The position numbers were made by a program, and so were the translations under genes. A stretch of DNA of 64,000 nt from the human T2T-CHM13v2.0 reference genome, Homo sapiens, in the NCBI RefSeq assembly GCF_009914755.1, contig NC_060944.1. One strand, given 5' to 3'. Positions 37,463-50,147 of the stretch are shown piece after piece. Numbering within the stretch: position 1 is the first letter of the stretch; each line of letters begins with the position of its first letter. The notes beneath the pieces are model-generated. The model made no database searches and had not been told where the DNA came from. It saw only the letters and a program-made list of their open reading frames with translations.

Positions 37463-37589
37463 ATACCAATTCAGAAAATACACATAAAGCCTATGCATAG
37501 TGCAACGCTGTGCATAGCAAGCACTTAATATATGTTAGCCTTCTAGAAGTTTACATCTTGTAGTTCACACATATAGTGCAACAATATAA

Positions 37590-38207
37590 CACAGTCTGCC
37601 ATCGGGATCCTTTCTACAGATGAGTTTGTTTTGGGTCCTTCCCCCAAGATGTTAACAAATTTTTTTCTTTAATTAGCTACCAACTTCTTTTTTATTTTAT
37701 TTATATATTTTTGAGACAGAGTCTCACTCAGATGCCCAGGCTGGATTGCAGTGGCGTAATCTCAGCTCACTGCAATCTCTGCCTCCCCTGTTCAGGCGAT
37801 TCTCATACCTCAGCCTCCTGAGTAGCTGGAATTAAAGGCACGTGCCACCACACCAGGCTAATTTTTGTATTTTTAGTAGAGATGGGGTTTCGCCATGTTG
37901 GCCAGGCTGGTCTCGAACTCCTGCCTTCAGGTGATCCACAAGCTTCAGCCTGCAAAAATGTTGGCATGAGCCACCATGCCTGGCCCCAACTTCCTTTCTA
38001 ATTGGGAGATTTTACTTTTGGCTATGCTCAAAGAGTTGGAAGACCTGCTCATACTGTTTCCCTTTCCACATGGGGAGTGTGTAGTGAGGGCTGCTTTCTA
38101 GACTGAGCACATCCTCACCTGTCCACCATAATCCCCTCCACACCCAATTCTCTAATTGACATTAACCCCACTCCCAGCCCCTGTAGATGCTGAGTTTGCA
38201 ACCTCTG
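37590..38207 (+). mobile_element. MER102-like DNA transposon split by an Alu
   Basis: AATTGGGAGATTT..CCCCTGTAGATGCTGAGTTTGCAACCTCTG terminus. Confidence 0.6.
37688..37985 (-). mobile_element. AluS
   Basis: Antisense dimer; TSD CCAACTTC. Confidence 0.93.
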
Positions 38208-39384
38208 GCTCCAGCTCAAGAGATGAGATAAATAAACCTGCAAATAGAACTTTCGAGTGTGGCACAGAGAGAAGTTCCAAAACAAGCCTGCAGGTGTTCA
38301 TAGGAGAAGAGGGGCTGCAGGTCTGGCGTGGTGAGAGGTGGTCTCAGGTAGAGGCTGGGGATAGACTATGAAGTGGAAAGGCAGGGGTGAGGGGCAGTGA
38401 GCACCTGTGGGGAAGCAGGAAAGCACCTGTGTCCTGCACCATCCTCCTGCCCTGTTGTCCTCCTGCCAAGCTAGAATTCACTCAGCAGCGCTTGCCCAGC
38501 CTCAGGTGTCCCTAGAACATCCACAGTCCATGGGATCGGCTTCTGAGCTGTCCACGGTGCCCATGGCCACACCTGCTTACCAGCCGCAGCAGACTGGGCC
38601 CCATCAGGCCTGACCACCCACCCCAGAATAGCACTGTCCCCAGCAGGGGTTTTGAGAAAGGGCTGGGGGACAAACAACAGCAATCAGAAACCACATCTGG
38701 GCAGAGCAAATCCATTGTTTTCCACACAGTAACGTGCTCACTGATGTGGTGGCAACTCTTGGTGTTCCTGTAACTCAATCCAGAATGAGGACACTGGATT
38801 CCCAGGACCCACTTATCAGATGAGGCTTCCTCCCAACAGTGCCAAGGCAAACCATTCCTGACTCTCAGTTATTACCAAATCAAGTCAAATGTCATTGCTA
38901 GTTTTAGCTCCAAAAAGCCAAGGCTCAAAATTGGTTCCTAAACTCAAAATCAATTAAGCAGATGTCGAAGAGGGGGAATTGAATTTCATTAATGAACATT
39001 GGACTGAAAAATCGTACTGTGAATTTTTTCTCCTCCACCTTCTGCTGGCTGTAGTTGTAGAAGCTTCTGGGAGAAAATTCTGATATGGTCATTGTCACTG
39101 GAAGGGAGATGGCAGCAGGCCCCAGGGAAAGGGCAGGACACAAAGGACACAGGTATAATCAATGGGACTCTGAAGCCATTGCTCATCTCCTCTCTGAGAA
39201 GCTCCACCCAGAAACTGTCCTTTCCTGACGATTTTACTTGTGATCCAATAACGCTTTGTCCTTGGCAGCAGGTTTTCTGTTCAACAAGGCATGGCCTATA
39301 AGGTGTGTTTCCAAGTTTGGGGAGTTGGCCAGATAGAGCCAGTAAACCAGCCACTGGCCTAGGGGGCAACGTCTGCAAAGCAGC

Positions 39385-39870
39385 TTAATATCCACCCTTC
39401 CCCACCTCTCCCAATCTGTTCTTCCTCCACCTGCCTTCCCATCTCTGTAAATGGCACCACCATCTGCCCAACAGCTCAGCCAACATCCAGGAGTCATCCC
39501 CGATTCCTCTTCCCTCACCTGCCCACCTGAGATCCATCAGCAAGCCCTGCCGATCTTCCAAGCAGCACCGCAATCCACTCACCTCTCTCCCTCTGCAGCG
39601 CCCCGTCTGCTCCGCGCCATCAGCCTCTCCCACCTGGCCCACTGCAAACACCACCTGATCTCCCTGCTTCCACTCTTGTCCCTGGGCCACCCTCTTCACC
39701 CAGGGGGTGGGCCTTTAAGAACATGAAGGGCATATCCTTCACTTACTTAGAATGCATCAATGGCCTTTCATCGTTCTTAGAATTAAATCCAAGCCCTCTT
39801 GCAAGGCCTCCTGGTCCTCCATGATCAGCCTTTGTTGCTCCTCTGTTCTCATCTCCCATCCCTTGCTACA
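39385..39870 (+). mobile_element. L2 LINE
   Basis: CCCATCTCTGTAAATGGCACCACCATCTGCCCA..AGGAGTCATCC. Confidence 0.75.
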
Positions 39871-40946
39871 CACGCTCAGAGGCTCAGAGGCGTGTGTGCC
39901 TGGGGAGCAGTGATTGATCAGGCCCTGATCACGAAGTCAGTGTGTGGCCTTCAATATAATAGATGGAGATGTTCTCATTCAACAAAATTCTGAATGGCAA
40001 ATAATTTTTTTTTTGCTTTTAATCTAGTTTGGTGGGGGCACACTTGAAATGCAACAGTCTGGGATATTCTCTAAAAAGCACCTGATTTCTACCTGGTGTG
40101 GACCCTCAGGGCAATGAGCAGTGGCGACTCCACCCCTGATGTTCCGGGGTTTGAGGATTGACTGTATCCTTAAGCCTCAGACACAAGAGCCACTGACTGC
40201 CACATAGCACTCCTTAAATGTCATAAGCATGGCCCCAACATTAAATGCCTGGGACTCACTCTTGGCAATGTTTTTCCCTTTTCCAGCCTCCATCCTTAAC
40301 AGTCAGGGAGAAAGTCTCAGGGGCTCATTGCCTTGAACGCCTCTCTCCTACTCACGCTCGGAAATAGGCACTTACAAACCACCGTGAAGGCAGCAATGTG
40401 CTGAAGTTTAATAACTGCACTGTGCTTGGTTTTACAATGGCCTCTTACTTACGTCAGTGGATATTGCTTTCCTATTCACAGTCCAAAATTACTCAACCAT
40501 AGAAATACAAACCTCAGGTAATTCTACAGATGGCATTGCGTTATTGAAAAATGGTGCAACTGTATGTGCATAGCTGATATTGGGAACCCCTGAGCTACAG
40601 CGGTTGCTCCTCAAGGCAAGAACCATGAATTGCCATCTGGGTGCCCCAGAGCCTGGCCAAATCCTGACCTCCAAAGAGGCTCACCAAAGGTTTGTTTGGG
40701 TTGAATTAAGCCAGTCACACCTGTTCACAGTGTATTTCTAAAAAATCCATTCCTGCCATAGACTTTCTAGCCAAAGGACACCGTTCAGACAAGGTCCCGT
40801 TTTCACTGCGTTTCTCTCCCCGTAGAGAAAGGGAGAATCTATACAAGGTACCACTCTCCACCTGTACCCCACAATTTGGAAACAGAATGGGCTTCTCACC
40901 TTGCTGTGTCCAGCCCGAGTCCTCCCAACCAGATGCAAGTTAGGGT

Positions 40947-41405
40947 TGTGAAAGTTGTCAGAATCAAAATGGAGTCACTGGTGTTTAAAAAACAAACCAA
41001 CAAAAAACCTGGACAAATAGAGCTGGGGAAGGCCGTGAAGAGAGGGTTCTCAGGCTTGTATGCCTGATAACAAAACCATCACAAAAGACTGTGAAAACCA
41101 CAACCTTGCAAAAAGGTCACCGCAGCCTTACACAAAAAATACTTCTGCAAGGACATCTGCCTAGAAACTGCCTGTCCAACCTTGGACTGAGGTCACCCTT
41201 GTTATTGGTCTTTGCAGTCAAGGATAATTATTTCAAAACAATTCTTTAATCTTTCTCATTTTTCCCTCTAAAAACCTCTGTCTGCCTTTACCTCCCTGAA
41301 TTCGCACATCGTTTACAATGGCATCCATATTCTCATTGCAAGGCTTGATTCCTGAATATGTATCTTTTCCTTTTAGAGAACTTCTCTCTGTAATTTAGGT
41401 TGACA
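40947..41405 (+). mobile_element. ERV1 solo LTR, MER65-like
   Basis: TGTGAAAGTTGTCAGAATCAAAATGGAGTCAC..TTTAGGTTGACA; perfect TSD GGGT. Confidence 0.88.
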
Positions 41406-41749
41406 GGGTGGACACCTATACACCCTCTCTAGGACAGGGAGGAACCCTGGGATTATCTTGGTGGAGAAATCTCCAGCACAGAGAACTGTCAGAACAGTTG
41501 CATGGATGAGCAGAAAAGAGCAGATGCTAAGTTTTTCCCTGACCCCCACTGCTGCATGTCGGCTGTAATTGGATGCAAGAAAATGTGTTAACTTTTTTGT
41601 GGACAAGCATCATTGACCTGGGTTGAACCAGACATACAGAAGGCCCATCCCCCTTCTCATCCACCATCTCTTGGAAGGAGCTTGGTCACCTTCAAAGGCC
41701 AGTTTCTTAGTTGGAGAGGAAGGTCTAGTTCTTTGCAGAAAGAACACAC

Positions 41750-41751
<2 letters not shown>

Positions 41752-41787
<36 letters not shown>

Positions 41788-41816
41788 TGTCTGTCTGTCT
41801 GTCTGTCGGTCTGTCT
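41752..41816 (+). repeat. Compound (TG)n(TCTG)n microsatellite
   Basis: Direct reading. Confidence 0.95.
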
Positions 41817-41914
41817 TGCTTTCTGTAAAGAACTAAGGCTCCTTGGTGCTGATCTAGTAGGGAGAGTCACCAGGGGTGGAAGCTGACAGAGGCCACAGAT
41901 GCCAGGGACTCTCA

Positions 41915-42072
41915 GACCACTGCATCCACTCCCTGGCATTCATCTCCAGAAACACTCACTCAGGGTGCAAGGTGCATGTAGAAAGACATCTAGCAACATT
42001 ATTTATAACAGTGAAAAATGAACTTTCAAATGGGAACAATTCAATGTCTTCTCCCAGAGACTGGCTAAATAG
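41915..42072 (+). mobile_element. Old L1 (L1ME-like) fragment
   Basis: CCACTCCCTGGCATTCATCTCCAGAAA..GCAACATTATTTATAACAGTGAAAAA..ACTGGCTAAATA. Confidence 0.55.
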
Positions 42073-42509
42073 CACAGTCATTAAGGACCTGGGCTCTGAG
42101 TTCAAATCTTGTTTCTTCCGCTTACAATATATGCATACCATATACACACATAAATTCACCTACACATCTACCTATCGTACGTCATAAACACACATTCGTA
42201 GAGTCTCCACTTTCTATGGCCTTCCTAGCTCTGCCCTCCCCTGTGTCTTCATCTCACCTGTAGCTTCCTTTCTGATGCCAGCATATTCTGTTGGTTTTCA
42301 TCAAGATTCATCAATACAAAATTATAATCCAGGCCTAACATTTAGCTGACTTCAACCAAGGATTCTACAGTAAGCATTTATTGATCCCAAGTGAGAAGTT
42401 CTGGGGTTCAATTACCAACCTGGTGGTTCAGGTGAAAAGCCTGGAAACCTTCCCCTTCCCTTTCCCCTTGACCTCAGTCCCCATTCTCCCTGGAGTGGGG
42501 CAGTGGCCC

Positions 42510-42770
42510 CAGCTCTACACAAGCCCCTTCATCATCTCTCTCCTGATTATCACACTGGCTTTCTCTACAGTCTCTGGGCTTCTACCGTTGCCCCTGACTG
42601 CCTGTCATCCACATGAAGCCAGAGGGTCTTACTGGGACCTAAGTCACATCATGCCTCTCCTCTGCTTAAAGCCACCTGATCCACATCCCTAGGAAAAAAC
42701 CCAAACCCTCACCACAGCCTATGAGGCCCCATATAACATAGCCCTTCCCGACTTCTCTAAGCTCAAGTCC
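42510..42770 (+). mobile_element. L2 fragment
   Basis: TCCACATGAAGCCAGAGGGTCTT..CCTCTCCTCTGCTTAAAGCC. Confidence 0.6.
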
Positions 42771-43086
42771 ACCTTGCAAAGTTCTGCCTAGAAACAAGAC
42801 TCCCTTAACAGTATCCACAATCTGGAAATGCCCATCCGTGGCCCATGCGACCCATTCTAAATGCCACCATATTCCCATGTGTCAAATCGTCAACGCAAGC
42901 CCTGGGCTCTGTTTGCTGCCTGGATGAAAATTCTTTTTGAAAACTGCCTGAAAATCATCTATATGCCTGATGATTAATGCACACTGTTACACGAGGAGCA
43001 ACTTGGTTTCATCCAAATTATCTATTCTTGGCAACGAAAAGACTGATTCATGTTTCTAATAATGAATTCCAAAAGGCTACAGATTT

Positions 43087-43156
43087 GCAATTGGATCATC
43101 ACCAATTTAAGAGTCGATGGCAATTGGATCATCACCAATTTAAGAGTTGATTGCAA
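43087..43156 (+). repeat. 33-bp tandem duplication
   Basis: GCAATTGGATCATCACCAATTTAAGAGT(C/T)GAT(G/T) x2, then GCAA. Confidence 0.95.
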
Positions 43157-44088
43157 AGTCTTGCCTTGAAGATCTTTATATTTGCTTCTAGCAACAATGT
43201 TCCAAACTCTGTTGTCCTTTGACAGTGGACAGAGGCTTAGGCCCACCCCTAACCTGATCAATGGCTGGCACTTCTTAGCAGAACCCTTGAGAGCCTCCAG
43301 GATCCGTATCCCACCTTGCTCTCCAGTCTCAGGTCCTGCTGCCCTTCCCCAGGGTCACTATGCTCCAGCCACACCTGCCGCAGGCCCTTTGCACATGCAA
43401 AGCTGGTCCCTCTGGAATCTGCCTTTTAGGCAGTGGTGTGACAGGAGCATCTAAATTCCATTTAGCAGACAGAAAATAGTGTGGAGGAGATAAAGAAGCC
43501 AAGCAAAGAAGAAGGCTGGGAGAGAGGGAGTGTGTTTGGTGATCTGTTGCTTCTTTCAGGATGCAGGATTCGTGCTTCATGCTTTTATTTTTTTTCCTCT
43601 TGCCTCTAAATTCACAGATCTGAAGGAAAAGAATTAAGTGGATATTTACACAAAGGCAGACCCGATGCCAGCTCACAGATACTGATCTGTATAATGTCTC
43701 CTGGCATGAACAATGAGAGCGTTTCTTTGAACAGCAGAAGCTATAGCAGAGCAAAAACTTAACTGTGTTGAAGTCAAAAGAAAAATATTTGCAATTTGCT
43801 CAGCCAATAGACCGGCAGGAAAGCCCTTTGAGACCGCTTCTGCAGATAGAATTTCTCCCATGGGCCCAGCTGAGTGTGTTGGTGGCAGCCCAGGACCCGA
43901 GTCAGATAATCAGCCTGTCTGTAAACAATCCTTCCAATTCAACAGACAACCTGTCCCCAGGGAAAGGGACAGCCGCAGCCCAATCTGAGGGAGTGAACAT
44001 TTCTGGTCTTCTCCTATCTGCCAGCACACTGGGCTGCAGAGGTGGGTGAGAGGAAGTTCCAGCTCTCAAGCCATGGGGGACTCAATGA

Positions 44089-44419
<331 letters not shown>

Positions 44420-45289
44420 TCAGTGAGGGGTTTAAACCAGCTGGGGGCTGGTGCTTTGAGCTGTTTCAGTCCCAGATCCTCCACTCACTAGCTCAGTTTC
44501 CCCATGAACCAGCCAGTGAGGAACCTCTGTTTCTTCCACTATGAAATGGGGAAATGGGACTGCTATAAGAACTCAGTCCAATAGGGATGTGTGTGAAAGC
44601 CTCTTGTCAAAGGATCCCATAACAAAAATTATTCATGTTAGTTTTAAATGGCAAAATAAACAAAATGATAAAAAAAAAAAAAAGAGAGAGAGAGAGAGAA
44701 CATTCCACTGTGATGCCTGAACCATAAGAAAGGGTGGGTGAGGGAGGCCGGGACAACCAACCTCCCTCTGCTCTTTGCTCTCTATGGTAATTTTTCTAGT
44801 TTTTGGGCGAAGTGAGCCTTCAGGTCCTGCGCAGATATAGACTTTTGGTGGCAATTTGTTTTAAATGAGAGAGAGAGGCGTTGTGAGCAAGCAGGGCCTT
44901 GGCTGCGTCACTGTCGCTGTGGCCTTGAAAGAGCCTGTTTGTTGCTGCCATCTGTGGGGGAACCCGGACACCACCCCAAAGTCATGATGCAAGGACTCAG
45001 AGAGGACTCCAGTTTCTTCAGGGGGGGATGGGCTGACTGTGGTATCTCTCCTGGGAACTGTAACAGCAGCCTGAGGGGTCTCCCCATGTCCCCTTGCCCC
45101 CATCTTCCATTCTCCTCCGATAGCTGGAGGCCTCTTCCTAAAGTGGCAAATCACATCACAGCACTTAGCAAGGCTGGCACTGGGGGAGAGCAGTGAAGAG
45201 CAGGGGGGACCAAAGTGAAGGAGACCTCGCTCCCAGATTGTGTAAGTGCCAGGCACTCACTTTGCCTTAGGTCCAGTCCGGTACTCACC

Positions 45290-46655
45290 TGCTCATACCT
45301 CCCCGGCTTCTCAAGGCTCTCAGAATAAAATGCAAACTCCCTGCCAGAGCCATCCGGGGAAGTGATACCTGGTCCCTGCCCACCCCTCTCCTGCTTCTCA
45401 ATTCCCCTCCAGTCCCACCAGCTTCTTTCTGTTGCTGGGACGACTCAAACTTTATCCTGCCCAGAAGGAAAAAAGTGTTTTCCTGTATTTTTCCTGTATA
45501 CGCACAATACTTCTGATACCAAATATATGGGTTTTCCGCTGGCATTCAGCAATTCTTCAGCTCCCTGGTCACCAACTGGGCATCCTACAATTTAATTCTG
45601 GCACTAACTACCTACAGTGAGTGCAGACCCACAGGGTAAGGGCTCAGTCCCACAAGACTGCCCCCTACTTCAGACACCAGCCACAAGTCCTGGATTGTGA
45701 TCCACGCTTCTGACCAAAAGGCTGTAAATCAGGAGTTTCCACGACCCACTCCTTTCAATAATTTGCTAGGACAGCTCACAACACTGGTTTATTATGAAGG
45801 GAATCACGAAGGATACAGATGAACAAACAGATGGAGAGACAACCGGGGCAAGTGTAGATAGAGGCCCAGAACTTGCTTGTCTTCTCCCAGGTGCCACCCT
45901 TCTAGCACCTGGATGTCGTCACCAACCAGGAAGCTCTTGGAATCCCATTGATTAGGGTTTGTATGGAGGCTTCATTATGTAGCCATAATTGACTAATTCA
46001 TCGACCTTCAGTGATTAGTCAATTTCCAGTCCCTTTCTTGGACCCTAGAGGTTGGGGGGATGGAACTCTCCTGGTTGGATCCTCCGGCAACCAATCCCCA
46101 TTCTCCAAGGGTAACCTCATTAGCATAAAGTCAGGTATGGTTGAAAGGAGCTTATTATGAAAAACAAAAGATACTCCTCTCACCTCTATCACTTAGGAAA
46201 TTCCAAGGGTTTAAGACCTCTGTGACAGGAACCTGGAGAAAGACTAAATATACATTTCTTAATATAATATATGTCAGTATCATTGCACCAGGGTCTTTGC
46301 ACTTTTTCTTCCTTATCCCTGCAATAGTTTTTCCCCAGATTTTGTATGATGAGCTCCTTCTTCTGTACTAAGTCTTAGCACAAATGTCACCTCCTCAGAG
46401 AGGCCTGCCCTGGCTACCCTACCTAAGATGATGCCCCTAACCCAGGCACTCTCTGTATTTTATATCCTGTTTCATTTCTCTCTCAGTCCTTACTGCAGCC
46501 TACAATTATTTAGTACCTGTCACCCCCACTGGAAGGTCAGCTCCACCAGGGCAGAGACTGGGTCTGGGTTGTGCACAGCTCTGTCCCCAGCACCTTGTCC
46601 AGCACTTGGCACATAGTAGGCACCAACTAAATATTTAGATAATTAAAGGAATGGA
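45290..46655 (+). mobile_element. L2 LINE split by MER21
   Basis: ..ATCCTGCC|CAGGGTCTTTGCACTT..CTTGGCACATAGTAGGCACCAACTAAATATTT. Confidence 0.7.
45462..46283 (-). mobile_element. ERVL LTR, MER21-like
   Basis: ACAGGGTAAGGGCTCAGTCCCACAAGACTGCCCCC..GGAAATTCCAAGGGTTT. Confidence 0.8.
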
Positions 46656-47451
46656 GATTCTGTTAAGGTCCTTTGAGTTCTGCAGTGAGGGAGGCTCAGC
46701 TCGGCAGGGCTGGGCCATAACCCAGGTCTACACGGCTCAGAGGCCTCTATCACTGACACTCTTCCCCAGCCACCCTCCATGGGTCACCAAGGAGTAGCTG
46801 ACCTCTCTGAGTTTTCTGTGCCAGAAGCTCTAGCAGCAGGGGTGCTATTTGGAAGACCATGACAATGGCCCTAGGGTATGATGCTCTGTTTCTCCCACCT
46901 CCATCTCTTTTCCATATTTTTGGCTCTGCCCTAGCATTAAGATAGCCAGTCACCCAGTCTCCCCAGGCCTGTGCTTTCTGCTGTGTTTGGCCAATAAGAG
47001 CAGAGAGGGGCAGTAGCCTCCCACCCTCCTTGCTGGGTCCTGATGCAGCTGTGGCTGTTGCTATGGTTTGAATATTTGCCCCACCCAAAACTCACATTAA
47101 AATTTTATCTCCAATGTGACAGACAGTATTGACAGGTGGGGCCTCTAAGAGGTGATTGGGTCATGAAGGCTCTGCCCTTGTGAATGGATTAATCCCTTCA
47201 TTGATCATGTGAGTGTGACTGATGGTTTTATAAGAAGAGGTAAAGAGATCAGAGCTAGCACATTAGTTTGTTCAGTTCTCCATCCCCCATGTGATGCCCT
47301 GCATACCTCAGGACTATGCAGAGAGTCCCCACCAGCAAGAAGGCCCTCACCAGACACAGCACCTTGACCTTGGACTTCTCAGTTTCCATTATTATAAGAA
47401 AGAAATTCTTTTTCTTTATAAATTACCCAGTTTCAGGTATTCTGATATAAG

Positions 47452-48003
47452 TATAAAGCAAAAATAAAATCCAAAGCTTCTCCAACCAACTGAACAGACC
47501 CACTCTGGGCCAAGGGGACCCTAGAGAAACCTGAAAAACTGAATTCCTGGCCATTGGAAAAAGAGGTTGAACATACCCCATTATACTCGCTGCCTTTTGG
47601 AGTTTAGGCACAATTGACTAGCATTAACATTAAAATAGAGATCATAAAACTGACAAAACAGACTCTTTGTGAAAAAAAGACCAAATTCAAAGCCTGACTC
47701 TAGTATAGCATCACATGACAGATAGCAAACTCTGAAGGAAATCAAAATATTTTACCCCAAAATATATTTCATTGACATATTTTGAGATGGCCTTGCAAGG
47801 CTGTCTTTTGTGGGGGAGATTTGTATGTGTAGAGTATCTCCAGAAATGCAGCCAGGCTTTTCAAGGATCTAGGAGAGATTAACTAAGAGTCTGACACATT
47901 TTAAGGTCCAAAAAGTGATATTTACCATCTATTCTCTCTGAAGCCCATTACCTGGAGGCTTCATCTACATAACAAGAACCTTGGCTTCCACAAACCCCTC
48001 TCA

Positions 48004-48039
<36 letters not shown>

Positions 48040-48672
48040 AGATGTCTCGCTCTGTCGCCTGGGCTGGAGTGCAGTGGCCTGATCTTGGCTCACTGCAACC
48101 TCCACTTTCCAGTTCAAGCAATTCTCCTGCCTCAGCCACTCAAGTATCTGGGATTACAGGTGCCCATTACCATGCCCAGATAATTTTTATAATTTTAGTA
48201 GATACAGTGTTTCAACATGTTGGTCAGGCTGGTCTTGAACTCCTGACCTCAAGCAATCCTCCTGCCTCAGCCTCCTAAAGTGCTGGGATTACAGGCATAA
48301 GCCACCGCACCTGGCCCCTCCTCTTATCTTAACTCAAGCATTTCTTTCTACTGACTTTAAGTGTTTAGACAAAGCCTAACTTTTTCAACTAATTGCCAAT
48401 CAGAAAATCTTTGAATCCACCTGTGACCTGTAAGTCCTCCCTCCCCTTCAAGATGTCCCCACCCTTCCAGGCCAATGTATACCTTACATGTATTGATTTA
48501 TGTCTTTGTCTGTAACTTCTGTCTCCCTAAAGTATATAAAACCAAACTGTCACCTTACTGCCTTGGACACACTTTCTCAGGACCTGTTGAGACCGTTCTC
48601 CAGGCCATGGTCACTTATATGGACTCAGAATAAACCTTTTTAAATATTGTACCGAGTTTTTTTCTTTTAACA
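47452..48672 (+). mobile_element. ERV1 LTR (MER4D/E-like) split by an Alu
   Basis: TATAAAGCAAAAATAAAATCC..CTCAGAATAAACC..TTAACA; perfect TSD TAAG. Confidence 0.85.
48006..48316 (-). mobile_element. AluS with a T33 tail
   Basis: Antisense dimer; degenerate TSD CCTCT(C/T)ATCTT. Confidence 0.93.
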
Positions 48673-48849
48673 TAAGCAACAGAAAATGGACGAAGACAGC
48701 AGTGTTCCTCTTCCTGTGGCCTCAGCATCTCATGGGCAATCCTCTCGTACAGCTGCAGTTCTCACAAGCTCTAGTAACTCCCTTGCTCCCAGCGCCTCCA
48801 GTCCCAGGGCTGGTAAGGGTTCCCATCTGTTTCTAGTCCCTGGGGTTCT

Positions 48850-49240
48850 GGGAAAAGTACTTAACCCCTCTGTGCCTCACAATCCTCATCTACATAACAA
48901 GAACGATAATGGCACCTACCTCACTGAGCCATTGGAACAATTAAATGAGATAATATGAGGTAGTGCCTAGAATAGTACCTGGTATATAATAAGCATGATT
49001 ATTATTGTTGTTATTATTTTATTACCATTATTGGCTATTGCTGTTATTATTTTATTACTGCCATTTCCTGTGTTAAGCACTAATCTCATAGTATCTCATT
49101 GGATCCTCTTATTATTTCAATTTTACACTTGAGGCAACGGCAGCTTAGGCAAACCCAGCCAGTTTTCCAGCATGATCCAGTTAGAACATAGCAGAATCAG
49201 GCCTCAAGTTTTCGTCTGACTGCTCAGCCTAAGATCTTGA
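48850..49240. mobile_element. Two MIRs, tail to tail
   Basis: Sense core ACTTAACCCCTCTGTGCCTCAC, AT-rich spacer, antisense core ATTTTACACTTGAGGCAAC. Confidence 0.6.
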
Positions 49241-49249
49241 CCACCAAGA

Positions 49250-49425
49250 CAGGTTTCCCCCTGCCCCTTTATCTATTCAAAGTCCATAGTTGCGTGAGGG
49301 GGCTGGCCTGTGCATTGCAGGATGTTTACCTATATCCATGGCCTCTATCCACTAGATGCCAGCCATCCACAACAAAGAAAGATCTAACCAAAAATGTCAG
49401 TAGGGACAAGGTTGAGAGATCCTGG
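49250..49425. mobile_element. MER20-derived fragment
   Basis: CCTGTGCATTGCAGGATGTTTA..CCACTAGATGCCAG. Confidence 0.7.
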
Positions 49426-49750
49426 TATGACGCTTATGCAGATACAAGAAAAGCCATAATTATGGAGGTAAGTGCTCTACATTTGACTCAAACTGATGAA
49501 ATGATGACATCAGTAGACTAATTTACATGTATACCTAGAATAACCACTAAAAAAGCTACCTGGAGAGATACACTTAAAAATACCATAGATATATCAAACC
49601 AGAACTCTAAAAAATATTCAAATAACTCACAGGAAGACCACAAAAAAAGAAAGGAAAATAAAACAGAAAAATTAAAACCAGAAGAAGCAAACAAAAAATA
49701 AAATGGCAGACTTAAGCCCTAGTATGGTAACGACATTAAATGTTGATAGT

Positions 49751-50147
49751 TGTATTAGTCTCTTCTCACATTGCTATAAAGAAATACCTGAGACAGGGTA
49801 ATTTATTTTAAAAAGGGGTTTAATTGGCCTACAGCTCTGCAGGCTGTACAGGAAGCATGGGTGGGAAGGCCTCAGGGAGCTTTTACTCATGGCAGAATGC
49901 GAAGCCAGAGAAAGCATCTTACGTGGCTGGAGCAGGAGGAAGCGGGGTGGGGAGATGCTACACACTTTGAAACAACAAGATCTCATGAGAACTCACTCAC
50001 TATACAGTACCAAGGTGTATGGTGCTGAACCACTCATGAGAACTCCATCCCCATGATCCAATCACCTCCCACCAGGCCCCACCTCCAACACTGGGGATTA
50101 CAATACAAGATGAGATTTGGATGCGGACACAGACCCAAACCCTATCA
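49751..50147 (-). mobile_element. MSTA-like solo LTR inside the L1
   Basis: TGTATTAGTC..GCAGGCTGTACAGGAAGCATGG..CCTATCA; TSD ATAGT/ATGAT. Confidence 0.9.

Larger units (their letters stand above)
47059..48698 (+). mobile_element. MaLR LTR (MSTC-like) split by MER4
   Basis: TGCTATGGTTTGAAT..AGGTATTCTGATATAAG|CAACAGAAAATGGACGAAGACA; TSD GCTGT/GCAGT. Confidence 0.85.
46930..48850 (+). mobile_element. LTR33-like element (outer shell of a nested cluster)
   Basis: GTTTGGCCAAT..GTGGCTGT|GTTCCTCT..CAGGGCTGGTAAGGGTTCCC..CTAGTCCCTGGG. Confidence 0.55.

Noticed and set aside
39355-39372. CTCF-like GGCCTAGGGGGCAA
   Set aside because: Lacks the 5' CCA of the core (4 mismatches); too weak without data
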